Shown: in pieces, positions 12,843 to 25,414 of the stretch | How positions within the stretch are numbered: the first letter of the stretch is position 1 | How the letters are laid out: the number at the start of each line of letters is the position of its first letter | DNA from: Paraspadella gotoi | Lineage: Eukaryota; Animalia; Chaetognatha | Assembly (NCBI GenBank): GCA_051294375.1 | Contig: JBJCIZ010000013.1 | Coordinates: 1-42,445 of the forward strand | Length of the DNA stretch: 42,445 nt | Direction: 5' to 3' | The notes under the pieces: model-generated | Database searches by the model: none | Told to the model about the DNA's origin: nothing | Seen by the model: only the letters and a program-made list of their open reading frames with translations | Made by a program: the position numbers and the translations under genes

Positions 12843-14084
12843 ATGAATAACAATCGAAAAAGAAAGACAACAGAAATGGAAACCTCGCGACCACTTTCTC
12901 ATTTCCCTTTTTCCCCAACGTTTAAAAAACTTACCGACAATGGGTTAATTCCTCTTGGAATCGCTCAGAATCTCGATTCACCTTTTGAAATGCTCACCAA
13001 TTTTTTCCCCTACACTGTTGATCGCGAAGACTCTCAACAAAATTCACAGCATCCGTTCAGACGAGTCGATTCTCGTCATTATGCCAACATCACGGGGACA
13101 GCACCAATCCAATTGTCCGGGTTGAGGAGTGTGAAATACCTGCACTCTCGGAAGCCAACAGTTATCTCATACAACACGTACCTGGAGAATATAAAACAGT
13201 GTCACCTCACGCGCCACCTTTCGTCACAATTTGTACAGGTGTGTGGAGATCCTGACCCTCCAAACTGTACCAAGGTCAACTGTCCCAATCTTATAGATAA
13301 GGTGCAGACTAAACCTTGTCTCAACTATGTTCCTGGACAGAAAAGAAATCTATTTGCCCAGACCTCGAACTTTAACCTGGCAAATTTGTCTTCAGAAGAT
13401 AAACCGGCGTTGCACGTCTTTAGCATCGCCATAAACCCCCCCACTCTCCAGCAAAGGGTTGAAGACCTTTTCTACAACTTCAGAAAAGTTGATAACGAAA
13501 TTCACAACAAGTTCACGTCATCAAGGCTTTCAGAGTTGAGGTCCAGCTGGACGAAAATCGAATGCGGTCTGCTAAAGCTACATTCCGGCTCAGCACGCAC
13601 CGCCATAGCCAATGAGCAATACGCAAAAAATTTGCACCCTGTATGTCTACCACGTCCAATTGGCACGCTGGAAAACGACTTGTTAGAGGATTTTCCTGGA
13701 CCGCCTCTACCAACTCGATCACAAGCCTTTAGCGTAAGTTTCACGTCTTACTAATAATAACTGTTTTTGTTTAACTGTTTGTTTTTTCCCTCCTCCCTCC
13801 TCACAAATTGTTTTATTTTTTATTATTCATTAATTTCATCCACCCCCCTCATTTCCCTTCTCCACTCTTCCAATTTATTCATGCTCAGATGGCTGGACAC
13901 AGAATGCTAAATATTCAAGATGGGATTTGGCGAGAGAGATTTGGGCCACCTCTAAAAGTCCCAGTTTCACATCCAGGGTATTCTTGGAAGCGGACTGACA
14001 ACCTGTTATTGCGACGGAGATTTTTTTTTGAAAATGAAATGAGCAACATGTTCAACATGTACGAAAGAGCCAAACTAATAGGTC

Positions 14085-14122
<38 letters not shown>

Positions 14123-15374
14123 TCTTCTCTTTCTCTCTCCTCTCTCTTGTCTCTCTCCTCTCTCCTCTCTCTCTCTTTCTCTCCCGGTCACATCCTTCTT
14201 TTTGTTTCTCACCCGCAACAGGTCTCCTCGATTCTCCACAATGTGAACAAAAACCCACATCGAGTAGTCGAGGAATGTCGCGCTGAACGGAAGACTCAGT
14301 ACCTTCAGACCATCGACTGGACAGAACGGGAAGATTCTTTGCTTGACCAAGATGTCGATTGGCACGATGACGAGGAATACGCCGAAATGCCCGAATACCA
14401 ATATCGGGTTAAATCCGGGCCAAATTCCATCAAACTCCTTGAGATATATCTTCAACCAAAAAACACTCTTTTGTCAACCAAATGAAAGAAAATCACCTCA
14501 AGGAAGAAGCTAAGAACCCCGAGGCTGTAAAGACTCAGCTCCTACAATCAACTTGGTAAGACAAGTTAACTTTTTTAATCTCATTTGCATATTGTAGTAA
14601 TATCTTTTAGCAATTAATCACCTACTATTTTTTTCCAATTGGTTCAATATGTTAAAAATTAATAAGCATCTTTATGGTATCATATTTTCCCCCTTTCAAA
14701 CTTTGGAAAGCTTTGTAAATTTAAAAAATAAAAGAGGGCAAAGTATAAATTTTTTCGGAGTGAAAAAGAAATCTTGTATTATCATTTCTCTTGATAAAAA
14801 GACCTTGGCCATTTTTTCACCTACATCATTGAACACAATGTTTTTTTTATAACAATGAGTTAAGACGGGTTCTCGATTTCTAGTGGATTTTTTAACAAAT
14901 CCTAATTATCCCCAGACACCTGCATAGTGTATTATATATCTTTTTATTCCTTATCTAGGAAAGACATTTGGAATCGTGATGAGGCGACTCGATTGAAAGA
15001 AAGGGTTTGGCCAGACACCTTTCAAGACCCAAAAGAATTCCTCAGCCATGTGACCTCCACATAGAGCATCCGGTTTACCCACGCACCTGTGGAGTTTTGA
15101 TCGCGATGTTGAGATTATGGACGGTCAATACTACTTTAAAGAAGATCGACCTTCCAAGTAAGAAGAGATAAATATGTACTCATAGAAAAAAAGAATGTTT
15201 AATAATTAGTTCTTAAGAAAAAAGGGTAAATAAATAACTGTTTTCAGATGAAAGATTGAGTCAATTCACTTTGACTCACGAATCGAGCGCCGTCGTCTTT
15301 CACAAAGGTCGTGGAGCGAGTCTCGTCTCAAGGTATGAATCCTTTTTTATTTTTACTTTTATTCGCTCTCTCTG

Positions 15375-15407
<33 letters not shown>

Positions 15408-16396
15408 ACATTGAGATTTTCTTTCTTTCTTTCTTCAATTTTTTTTTTTCTTTCTTTCTTTCTTTCTTTCTTTCTCTTTCTTCCACTATCTCTTTTCTCT
15501 CTCTCTCTCTCTCTCTCATCTCATCGTCTCTCTCTTTGCTCGATTTTCAATATTTTCTTCTCTTTTTGTTTCTTATCTATCAGAGTTCCCGGTTGCGACG
15601 AATCATACCTCATATCCCACGAACCTAACGATTGTCTCCGTAAAAACGCAATACCTTGCAACACTTGTAAAAGGTAATCGCAATAAAACAAAAGAAAAGT
15701 AATGAAAAATAAAAGAAAGTAAATTATAATTATAGTCTCCTTTCCGTTTGGTTTTTTTTTTCTAGATTCAAAGATCTTCAAGAGAAGAAAGCGGGCGAAC
15801 TGGATGTGACGGACGTGCGAAGCCTCCCCAGATTTGGTCGTGAGGATATAACTTCTTGGTGGGCGGCGTCGACGTTCTCTACGAATCTTGACACCCTCAC
15901 TGATCTTCTCGCAACGGCGTCAGCGACAACAACGAATCAATTCGATGTAGAGGATTTGACAATTATTTATAATCCCCAACAATCCTCCATCAGTTTAGGA
16001 ATAAAATCAAAACTTCCCAATCAAAGCTCTGTCTTCTGGAGCGATGTGTTTGTTAATGTGGACAATTTTGAATCGGGAAATGATCATTTGAATCTGTACA
16101 TAGCCTTTCAGGCTGAGGCATCCTTCAATTGTCNNNNNNNNNNNNNNNNNNGTATTTTGATTTTGTCTGAACCATCACCGTCCACTTTCAATACAGCTTT
16201 ACCTTTATCCGTTTTGAAAAGCTGTAGATTTACACTTTTCCAGCAGAGATTGAAATCTCTGTCAAGACCCTTAGAACAATGCAGGGATAGTGAGATAGAG
16301 AGTATCGTTAGCTTTTATGAAAACCTGTTCAATGTTGCTGCTCCAGGACCAATTTCAAACTTTTTACNNNNNNNNNNCTATAACACCTTGAAATAG
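12843..16396 (+). CDS. Large multi-exon hypothetical protein
   Basis: ORF 12843 ends QAFS|GTAAGT and splices in phase to CAG|MAGHRML (13889). Further GT-AG-bounded exons near 14222-14555, 14960-15157, 15249-15332, 15584-15673 and 15766-16396; the last three join in frame (LVSR|VPGC..CNTCKR|FKDLQ). Some junctions need indel correction, so it could be more than one gene. Confidence 0.6.
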
Positions 16397-16582
16397 TTAA
16401 ATGTACATGCTCATCCCATTTTTTATGTTTTTTTTTTTTAGCTCACTTAAAAAACATTGTGTTCAACATTTTTTTTTGTTCTGAATATTTTGTTATTCGC
16501 TCTTATTTTTATTCATTCTTCAAATGAAAAAAAACTTTTATAATAAAAAACCCGTCTTATCTTATTTCAAATTGGCAAAGAA

Positions 16583-17883
16583 ATGCTGCAGGAAGAGGAT
16601 ATTAATAGATTAAGACTCACTAAAAAGGATTTACAAGAGACAGCTGAAGTGGTTCCAAGCAAAACTGTTTACAGGTAGGGGATATCACCTGTTTAAAAAG
16701 ATGAAAGATAGCGAGTAATTTGAGGAATTTTTTTTCTTTTTTATCAAAGGCATTTCATCTTACATCATTTCGATCTTCTTAAAATTCTTTCTTCTCTTTT
16801 GCAATATATCGATAAAGAAACATTAAGTTTGCAAAGAGAAAAAAAAAATCGGAACCTGAACCTGAACCTCACCACTCGGAAATGTCGACCCCAGACCACA
16901 CCAGGACGGCGATTGACCAACGCGGAGATGATGAGGAAAAAAGGGTGGAATGGAAGCGCGCATGAAAACAAACCAAAAACCTCGATCAGAGTTGGATGAA
17001 CATCGTCGATGGATTAAAAAATAAACAATTTTCAGTGCAAACGAAATCAGATTGATTCGAGCGGAAATAAGTGACTGGGAGGGAGAAAAACCCTTGAAAA
17101 ACAAGAACGTCTTCGGAAAAGGGTAACAGGCCCTCTCTCTCGGGAGCCGGAAGCGGTAAAAAGAAAAAGGAAGCAATCAAAGAAAATGATTCCGGCGATG
17201 ATGAGGAGGGGAGGAGGAGGAGGAGAGAGGAGAAAAGCGAATACAGTTCGTTACCTTCGTCCGATCAGGATGAGAGAGAGGAGACGACGACGACGAGACG
17301 ACGACGACGAGCTCGAGGAATATGAAGATGATGAGATGATATGGCTGATATCGAAGGACACAGAATCAGTCAGTGAAGACGAAAAGGTGGACAGTGCTAA
17401 ACCCCCCCCCAAGGAGAGAAGTGAAAGGAGAAAAAAAGATGGCGCAAAAAAGAGCCCAACCATCGCAGCAATACGTATAATGCAGATATTTAAAGCTAAC
17501 GATGATAGGTTGGACGGGTTTGCAAAAAGGCGACTTCAAAATCAGCTAATCAAGTAAAAAAAGTTATGATATCAATTAAAAGTGATGGAATAATCAAACA
17601 TAATCAAGACTTTGTCATTCTTTTAAACAAAAAGGAGGAGTGAAGGCTAAAATGGATTTAGATAAATTAATTGCTTCATTTTCATTTACTCGTAAAGAAC
17701 TTTTCATGTATTTAACTTACTCCAGTAAAAATGGAACCGTTACCCCTTTTACTGAAAAGGAGAAACTCTTATTATCTCAATATTTCAACTGTCCACATTT
17801 GAATTAAAGGAAATTCCATGTCTTGCAATTCGAAATATTTGTAAAAAGAAATAAGTTTCTTTTTTCAGTTTTTTTTTTTTTAA
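16583..17883 (+). CDS. Hypothetical charged protein upstream of integrase (1 intron, frameshifts, end approximate)
   Basis: MLQEEDINRLRL..KTVYR|HFILHHFDLLK joined across a GTAGG..AAG intron (~16675-16749); E/D/R/K-rich middle; coding-like C-terminal part ..MDLDKLIASFSFTRKELF. Confidence 0.5.
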
Positions 17884-17916
17884 TCTTTTAGATTAATCTT
17901 TTTTTTTTCTCTCATA

Positions 17917-19685
17917 ATGGCTGCGAAAGGCAGAAAAAAGAAACAATAGAATTATTAAGAACATTGTACAGAACGCCCGGAAGTCCCTTTTCCTACAAGG
18001 ATCCACAAAAGTTCTTTATGAACGAGCAAAACAGCACGCGCTTCTTTCACACGTTACAATTCAGATATCCTTCAGTTCAAATCCCATATTGAATCTCTAT
18101 CAAGGGCAAAAAGAGCACGAAGACTCGGTGGGAAACGTCCCTACTCATACCGGAAATATCTCAGCTTCAAAAGCGGATCCGTTTTAGCGGCAGATCTTGG
18201 TGAGCATATTGTTTTTTTTATATTTATTATTTTAACTTAGTAAACGAACATGAACCACAGGTTTTCTTCACCTTCACCCCCATCTCCCCCCCCATTTGCT
18301 CAGCTTTTCTTCCTCAAATTGCAAAAGAAAATAAAGGCCACAGAATTATTGCAGTGTTCCAAGATTTACATTCAAGGTCATATCAATTTGTATGATTAAG
18401 TATTTCACCTGGAGTAGTGGTAATCTCTTTATTTTTTTTTTAAATAAAGGTATATCTCACTTCAAATGCAACAAACAGCTACGGCAAAAGAGACGCTCGC
18501 AAGTTTCAAAGCCTGTTTAACTGAATTCAACTATCCAAACTACCGCTACTTTGCAAGTGATAGGTAAAACACCTTCTCACATTACAGAATTGTCTTGGTC
18601 GGTGATAAAATATACATAACTCTTTTATCTTGTAGAGGATCGGAATTTAAAAAATCCTTTGTGGCCTCTCTGAAAAAGGACTACAATATTCATACTTACC
18701 ACACTTCTCTCTCCATCGCCCCTAAAATTTCGATAATTGAGAGAACAATTCGCACTGGTGATTAAAATGATTGATTGATTGTTTAATTGACTTATTTGAT
18801 GGATTTGTGAATTAATTGAAATTATTTATTATGTTTATTTAGTGAAAAATATCTTTTTCAAGTTTTTGATCGAATTTCGTACCTACGATTATCAACATAT
18901 ACTCAAGGTAACTTATATTTTTCTTGACGGTTTGACTGAAATTCATAACTATCTCTGTCCCTTACCTTCTCTTCCACCCCTTGACTCCTTAGATCGTGGC
19001 TCACGAGTTTAACAATCGAAAATCAAAAGCTCTTTTCAATCGAACGCCGACAGAGGTTTTCTTCAATCCTCATTTTGACTCACTCATTTTAAGAAAGAGG
19101 CTTGGTATATTTTTCAGGCACCAGAAAAAGGCCAAGAGTATTTATGCTGACTTACCCAATCAACAACGTCTTAAAGTGGGAGACAGAGTTCTTTTAAAGC
19201 TTATAAGATCAAAACTCAGTAAAGAACCCTCAGCGCTTTACCCAATTTTCTCCAAAANNNNNNNNNNNNNNNNNNNNNTAGATAGGAAATACTATCCATT
19301 TACCTATTCATTGAAAGAGATACCAACAGCAGGACGCCGATTCTATGCGTTCGAACTCCTTAAGGTTGAAGAAGAATACTTTCCAAGAGAAACAGTGCGG
19401 AAAACCAAAACAAGCGGGGAAGCAAGCAAAAAGCTTAACCCAAGTGATAGAGAAGAACCAATAAAAGTTGTTGACGTACACATTATCACGGACAAATCAA
19501 CTTCTCTTCGAAGTGGAAAAACGTTAAAAGGAAGGGAAAAAATTACTTATACTATAAAAAGGTTTGGGAAGGAGGAAGTAGTCTCTCCAGAAACTCTCAA
19601 ATCTTTCATACGGGTCTTTGGTCGAGATATTCTTGAATATAGTGACAATTTTAATGATAACATAAAGGGACAATATCTCATATAA
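17917..19685 (+). CDS. Retroviral-like DDE integrase of Maverick type, 6 exons
   Basis: Introns 18200-18303, 18377-18449, 18564-18635, 18758-18842, 18908-18992. Spliced product: LYRTPGSPFSY..LAADLAF..QDLHSRY..ASDRGSEF..IIERTIRTVK..FNNR..RTPTEV..LKVGDRV..FYAFELLKV, with the D,D,E triad intact. Small indels in exon 1. Confidence 0.93.
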
Positions 19686-19698
19686 ATAATCAACAAAA

Positions 19699-21231
19699 AT
19701 GGCAAGCATCTACACTATAAACTTATCTAACAGAGAAATGGAAAATATGAATAACCAAGAAATATCAACTGCAACCGAGCTTAATTTGATATTGGACAAT
19801 AATCTCGATCTTAACAGAGAACTGCTCTATCTGAAGAGCCTCGTGGCAGAAATAGCTGTCAGTGAAGTTATCATTAATCAGTTGCCACTTACATTCACGG
19901 GGATGGAACTTATCGATTTATCACTAGTCATACCTAAAGAAATTGGTCTTACAAATTGGGTCTTAGCCCCTAAAGACATTGATGTATTAAATTCTTCTAT
20001 AATAAGTGTGATGGTTCCACAGTTTTCTACCCCAGATAGAAAGATCGCATTGGATTTTATCAACAATTTTTTGAGTCATACTCTTAACAAATATCTAATC
20101 TCAAGGTTCCTCCCCATCATTACTGATTGCGACGTCATGAAAAATGACATTCACCCAACATCTGATTTCACTGACAATGACCTGGCTCTGATATCGTGGT
20201 ATCTGAATTGTGCCGTGTATGTGAGAGAAGTCCTCAATAAAATATTACTTACATNNNNNNNNNNAACGGAAGTTACTGAACCAAAATGGGAATTTGATAC
20301 CAACACACTCATATCTGAAGCTAAGGAACTTTCTCTTCTCAAAGATTCACCCTGTCTCAAACCGAAAATGGAAAGAAAACATACAGTGATAAAACTGATA
20401 GATTTTTCTGTCTATCATGATTTTGATTTTTCAAGCAGTAACACAAACCCAAACCAACCAAAGAACACTCCGCTACGGACTAAAATAATTTCTTGGCTCG
20501 ACCTCATAAAAGCCGTTATAACAACAGAGGATGGTGAATTAACTGAAGCGAGTCTTAAAAACCTGGAAAACTTAATGAAACATAATAACGACTTACTCTC
20601 TTTCGCTAAACTGTTGAAAAAGTCCCTTTCAAGAAAGAAAATTGACCATCATTTCATTGAGTTTCGACTCAACAAAGCAGACCAAAAGTGTGACTTCCTT
20701 TTTCACTTTAACAACTTTGCAAAGATCAACAATAAAATTCAGATAGATATTAGCTTTGACCAAAGAACCTCTCATGTACTAGGATCAGACCGCTCAGAAA
20801 AGTTAAGACTCACCATCACTACTATTAATGAANNNNNNNNNNNNNNNNNNNNNNNTTCTACAATAATTCACCCATCCCAGTCCTTACCTTTCGCGGTGGC
20901 CCCTAATCCACGCATTCTCTATTTCCTAACAGATTTAACTTCAAATGAATGTCACCTTCAAGACCTTCGCTTGAAAAATACTGAGTTTGAACATTTAAGA
21001 ATATTCTATTCTCACATCATTACCCAAGAAGATATATCCAGAAGGATGCTTTGTCAATCAAATCAATCAGTCACTGATTGCTCCTTTCACAGAATAAAGA
21101 AAGCGAAAAACTTTATTTCCTCATTTAGAATGCTAATAATTGATGAAATGTTTAACAAAGTATGGTTTCCAAAAAGAACATATTTAGATATTTCCCTTTT
21201 TATTAAACCAGTTCCCGTTGATGATCTATAG
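19699..21231 (+). CDS. Minor capsid (penton, single jelly-roll) protein with long central insertion
   Basis: N-terminal YTINLSN..LDL..EIAVSEVII..P and C-terminal ILYFLTDL..LRI..ISSFRMLIIDEM..VWF..ISLFIKP match the Polinton minor capsid pattern; located between integrase and major capsid gene. Confidence 0.75.
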   Translation: MASIYTINLSNREMENMNNQEISTATELNLILDNNLDLNRELLYLKSLVAEIAVSEVIINQLPLTFTGMELIDLSLVIPKEIGLTNWVLAPKDIDVLNSSIISVMVPQFSTPDRKIALDFINNFLSHTLNKYLISRFLPIITDCDVMKNDIHPTSDFTDNDLALISWYLNCAVYVREVLNKILLTXXXXTEVTEPKWEFDTNTLISEAKELSLLKDSPCLKPKMERKHTVIKLIDFSVYHDFDFSSSNTNPNQPKNTPLRTKIISWLDLIKAVITTEDGELTEASLKNLENLMKHNNDLLSFAKLLKKSLSRKKIDHHFIEFRLNKADQKCDFLFHFNNFAKINNKIQIDISFDQRTSHVLGSDRSEKLRLTITTINEXXXXXXXXSTIIHPSQSLPFAVAPNPRILYFLTDLTSNECHLQDLRLKNTEFEHLRIFYSHIITQEDISRRMLCQSNQSVTDCSFHRIKKAKNFISSFRMLIIDEMFNKVWFPKRTYLDISLFIKPVPVDDL

Positions 21232-21242
21232 TACATAAATTT

Positions 21243-21288
<46 letters not shown>

Positions 21289-21392
21289 AAGTCAGACATC
21301 TTGTCTCTCTCTCTCTCTGTCTCTCTCTCTCTTTCTTTCTTTCACAACCAAACACTAATTTTGTTTTGTTTTCTTTCTTTCTCTTTTAGAAT

Positions 21393-21701
21393 ATGAGTTG
21401 GTACAACAACATTTCTCAAGCTCAGGAAAATAATTCTGACATTGTGCATCTTTTAGCACCATTGTTAGAAACAACAGCAAATACCACAGAATCGGTGAGC
21501 GAATCAAAACAACAACAAAAACAGCCACCGAAACAAAAACAACCAAAACCAAAATCCGAACCTTCCGTCTCAAACAAACAAACTCAACCGCGAAAGAATC
21601 AATCAACTGGAAAAAAAAGAACAGTTACTGAAACTCAAACATCACCAAACGTGAATAAAAAGAAAAAAAAAGCCAAAGTAACAGCATTTAACTTTATCTA
21701 A
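21393..21701 (+). CDS. Small Q/K/P-rich basic protein, 102 aa
   Basis: ATG-initiated ORF between the two capsid genes with a C-terminal Lys cluster; present in both copies. Confidence 0.6.
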   Translation: MSWYNNISQAQENNSDIVHLLAPLLETTANTTESVSESKQQQKQPPKQKQPKPKSEPSVSNKQTQPRKNQSTGKKRTVTETQTSPNVNKKKKKAKVTAFNFI

Positions 21702-21728
21702 CACTGATAAGGAAAAAAAGAAGAAAAG

Positions 21729-23828
21729 ATGACGACTGCGCAGCCCACTCAAATTCCAAATTTTGAGTCCCCAATCGAATTCGTTACCCCCCAAATTACT
21801 TCATTACTTTCGGACAAAAAATATATAGAAGATGGTATTTCTTACAATGCTTATATAAGGGTTAATCCAGGTAAGCAGACTGACCACAAAATATTCTATT
21901 TATCATGAATTAAAACAATATACCTAGACATGATAAATCTTTTCAGACGACCCTGGCGAACTTTCACGTGGCTCCCGCTCTATAAGTTTTCACCTCTGTG
22001 AAAAATCAGCCTTTCTAAATCCGTCTCGATGTTTTATTGACCTTTTTTTTCACGTGACGGGGGAAGATGGAAGCGCATTAAATTGGGACAAAAGGAACTT
22101 TAGTTCTCTCTGTCCCACCTCACATTCACTTATAGATTCCTTGAGTATGGTGGTTGGACAATGCCAATTAATCAAAGAAGATTCAAATTATGGTACTATC
22201 GCAAGAGTTTTATACCTGACCAAATATTCCAAAAGAAGCAGGTATGACTATGAATACATAGCCACTTATTATTCCCTGCTATTTATCATAATAAATATAC
22301 ATTTTTTTTCTTCTACAGAGATTCTTTTTTACGCACCTTTGAGGGATTTGACGAGGACACCGACGAAAGCGGTAGTTTTAATTCTCTCACTTTCATTAGT
22401 AAACAAATTAACCAAACTTTATAAAATATTTTTACCAGGAGATGAGGATACAACCAACCTTTATAAGACTGTAACTACTGGTACAGCCCCAGATACGCAA
22501 ACGGTTTACCTTCCTTTGAATGGAGCTGCTCGCAGATCGAAAGATATGCTGGCAAAAAAAACGGTCAAAGTTCGTTTTCAACTCTTTTCGCCTTTCTCTA
22601 GCATGAATGCTCTGATTCCTTCAGGCGTCGATGTCTCAATCCGCCTATATCTCACAACAAGTAAATTAATGAACAATTAACTGTTAAAAATTTAAATTAA
22701 TTAATTCTTTTTTGTATAAGATGAAAAATTCTTCTATACGAGCGATAGCGCGATAAAACCACGATTCACCGTAACAGGTAGAACTATAAAATGAAATCAA
22801 AATGCAACATTTTTGCAAAAATTGATCATTTATTCTTTTTTATTTTCACGTTAAACAGCTGCCACACTTTGGTTCAACGCTTTGCTCCTAAAAGAACCTA
22901 TATTACAACAAATTGAGCGTCGTTTAGTTCAGAGCCCATTACAAATCAACTATACATCTTACTTTTGTAAACTCCATACGATTCCACAAGGTTTTTTACA
23001 GAACACTATTTCATATTATATTTAGAATTAAACTAATCTTCAGCTTTAAAGTTAAGGTTTAAGATTTAGCTTTTAGGTTTAGCTTTGGAAAGTTTGGATT
23101 ACAATTTAGTTACGTTGTCATCCTTATCACTAGGTCTGAACAATATCACGCTCAACGTAGGCCTGAAAGATGAATTCTCCTCCGTCATAATGATCCTTCA
23201 AAAGAATAAGACACTGGTCGGGTCGCTGGAATCGAATTTATTCCGATTCAAGAGACACAACTTAAAGAGATGTTACTTAGATTGTGGCTTATCAATAAAG
23301 GTAAGCAAGAAATTTAACTCTTTTTCCAACAAAAATATTTCTCTAAATATAGTCTTTACTTGATCACTATCTAGATACCGTCTCTCCATCTTGGTCACAT
23401 TGGTGACACACCCGGATACAATTTTGAAGATGAGTGGAACAGAAAAGCTTCTTACTTATACGCGATGGGTAGGAACAATCGTTATTGTAGTCTCGGGATT
23501 CACCATTGAGCCCAATTTATTTTTTATTCCTTTCACCTCAGACGTAATGGGGTTGCTCACACGCGAAGGAACGCAAGGATTTGGACCTTCTGTGTTCTAC
23601 GACAGTAACTTCTTTTTACCATTTAAATTGAGCCCTAGTATTAATACAACATCAAGTGATAACATCATACAGCGCCCGACAAATGCCAACAACAAATATA
23701 AACTTTATTTAGAATTTGAGAACCAAACAACTTATGTCATAACGGTGGTTCTCATATACGAACAAAGCCGAAGTATCAAGATCACGAATGACCGTCTTGT
23801 TTTTAGATCAACCGATATTGATCAGTGA
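21729..23828 (+). CDS. Major capsid protein (double jelly-roll), 9 exons
   Basis: Introns 21871-21946, 22242-22318, 22372-22437, 22661-22720, 22777-22857, 22991-23133, 23301-23374, 23469-23541 give a continuous frame: ISFHL..FLNPSRCFI..EDGSAL..HSLIDSL..LIPSGVDVSIRL..TIPQG..NLFRFKRHNL..FKLSP..LYLEF..VVLIYEQSRSIKITNDRLV, the Polinton MCP pattern. Confidence 0.88.
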
Positions 23829-23855
23829 TTCATTTATTTTTAACCATAAAACATA

Positions 23856-24382
23856 ATGGATTATACCAAGAATGAACTCATTACTTCAAACTCCGATTTG
23901 GAGCAAATCTTAAAAAAAAATATTGCATGTTATAAGGCAACATTGAACGGAAAACTTATTTTATCATTTGACGAATTAAAGGATTTAAATCTTAGAAAGA
24001 ACAACAACAAAAAAATTGTCATATTTATTAACACCTTGAAAGATTCAAGCCAAACAGTTGGGCACTGGATAATTTTAGGGATTTCTTTCTCTGAAGGTTT
24101 GGCAATAATAATTGACCCACTTGCCACAATTCATAAAAACATAGAAGTTGTTAGGTCAATAAAAACGTTCTGTTTAAAACATTTATTAAAAATAAAAGAT
24201 TTACACATTAAGACTCAGACTAAGGTCAAAGCTTGTGGAATCAACTGCATCTATTTTTTATAAAATAGCTCATTGTAATAATATCACCTCACTTTACCAT
24301 TTAAAATCTGTACTTACTCAATACTGTGTAAAAACAATTGAAAATCATGTTTATAAGTTTGTCCTTAAAATTTATTTTATAG
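23856..24382 (+). CDS. Adenain-like cysteine maturation protease (intronless; indels near 3' end)
   Basis: FINT..GHW..IIDP..TQTKSSKACGINCIYF (copy 2 reading) supplies His, Asp, oxyanion Gln and Cys; immediately follows the MCP gene. Confidence 0.87.
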
Positions 24383-24401
24383 ATCTATTCCTTTATAAGT
24401 T

Positions 24402-25029
24402 ATGGAAGAAACTGTAGAAAACAATCGCGTCATCATAATAACACGGTTGAGAAGGTTAAGAGAAAATAATTTCTCCATCGCTTTTGTCAGTCTTATCATT
24501 TCAACCTGGCTCGGGCTCGAATTTCCAAGACCATTCGGGCAAGTTGATCCTAATCTAAATATTCACAATCGCAACCTAAGCTTTTCCAACGCTTCTTCGC
24601 CGGCGGTCATGTTTAATAGCAGACCTTGACATGGCCGCAATTCGACGTGAATTAGCCAACAAAAACGTCAAACGTAGCAGCGCAAGAAAAAAACGTAAAA
24701 AGAAGGGAAAGAAAAAGGTAAGGAAATAAAACTTTTTAGCANNNNNNNNNNAATACCTTAACTCACATCTGTTAAACTTAGGGTGGATCAGTGGTTAAAA
24801 AACCACTTAAAGCCCCACGCAAAACACCGACGGGTAGAAAAAGAAAAAAATGATAGCAACAAAACCTGTAAGTTAATAAATAAGTGTCTTGAGTGGTCTC
24901 TATGCCTGTGGATATTTTATCCTTCTTTACCCTTCCCTCCCTTTTCCTCATTTTTCAGTCCGTTGATCCGACAAAGTGAAAGAAGAAGAAGCGAATAAGA
25001 AAAAATCAAATTTGTCACAAACGTCATAA
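24402..25029 (+). CDS. Lys/Arg-rich putative core/DNA-condensing protein (about 2 introns, end approximate)
   Basis: MEETVENNR.. then AAIRRELANKKRQ..KKRKKKGKKK|GGSVVKKPLKAPRKTPTGRK with GTAAG donors at ~24718 and ~24868. Function is inferred from composition. Confidence 0.5.
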
Positions 25030-25414
25030 TGCGTTGCAGCATTTCTTAAAATAAATACAAATTAAATTTCCTTTTTTAAAGAAATAAAGAGATATATAAA
25101 CAGTGTCCTTTTTTCTATCTTACTTACTAATAAGTGAGTTATATTTAACAGCTATGTACACTAGTTAAAAAAAAATTCAATATACATTTTATCATGAAAA
25201 ATAATCATTGAAGCATCATTCAGCTTTTTATTCTAAAAACATAAAAAGAAAAGTTGGTCACCACATTAAATCATTCTTATCAGTGACATAGTTTTGTTTT
25301 CTTTTCTTTTTGTTTTTGTTTTTTTTTTCATTTTAACTCCTTGATTCCAAGCCATTTTCTGAATAAAAATTAGTTTCACACATTCTCTCTCTCTCTCTCT
25401 CTCTCGTTAAAAAA

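Noticed and set aside
22054-23828. Three separate ORFs (208, 92, 145 aa) as independent genes
   Set aside because: They are exon plus intron read-throughs of a single spliced major capsid gene.
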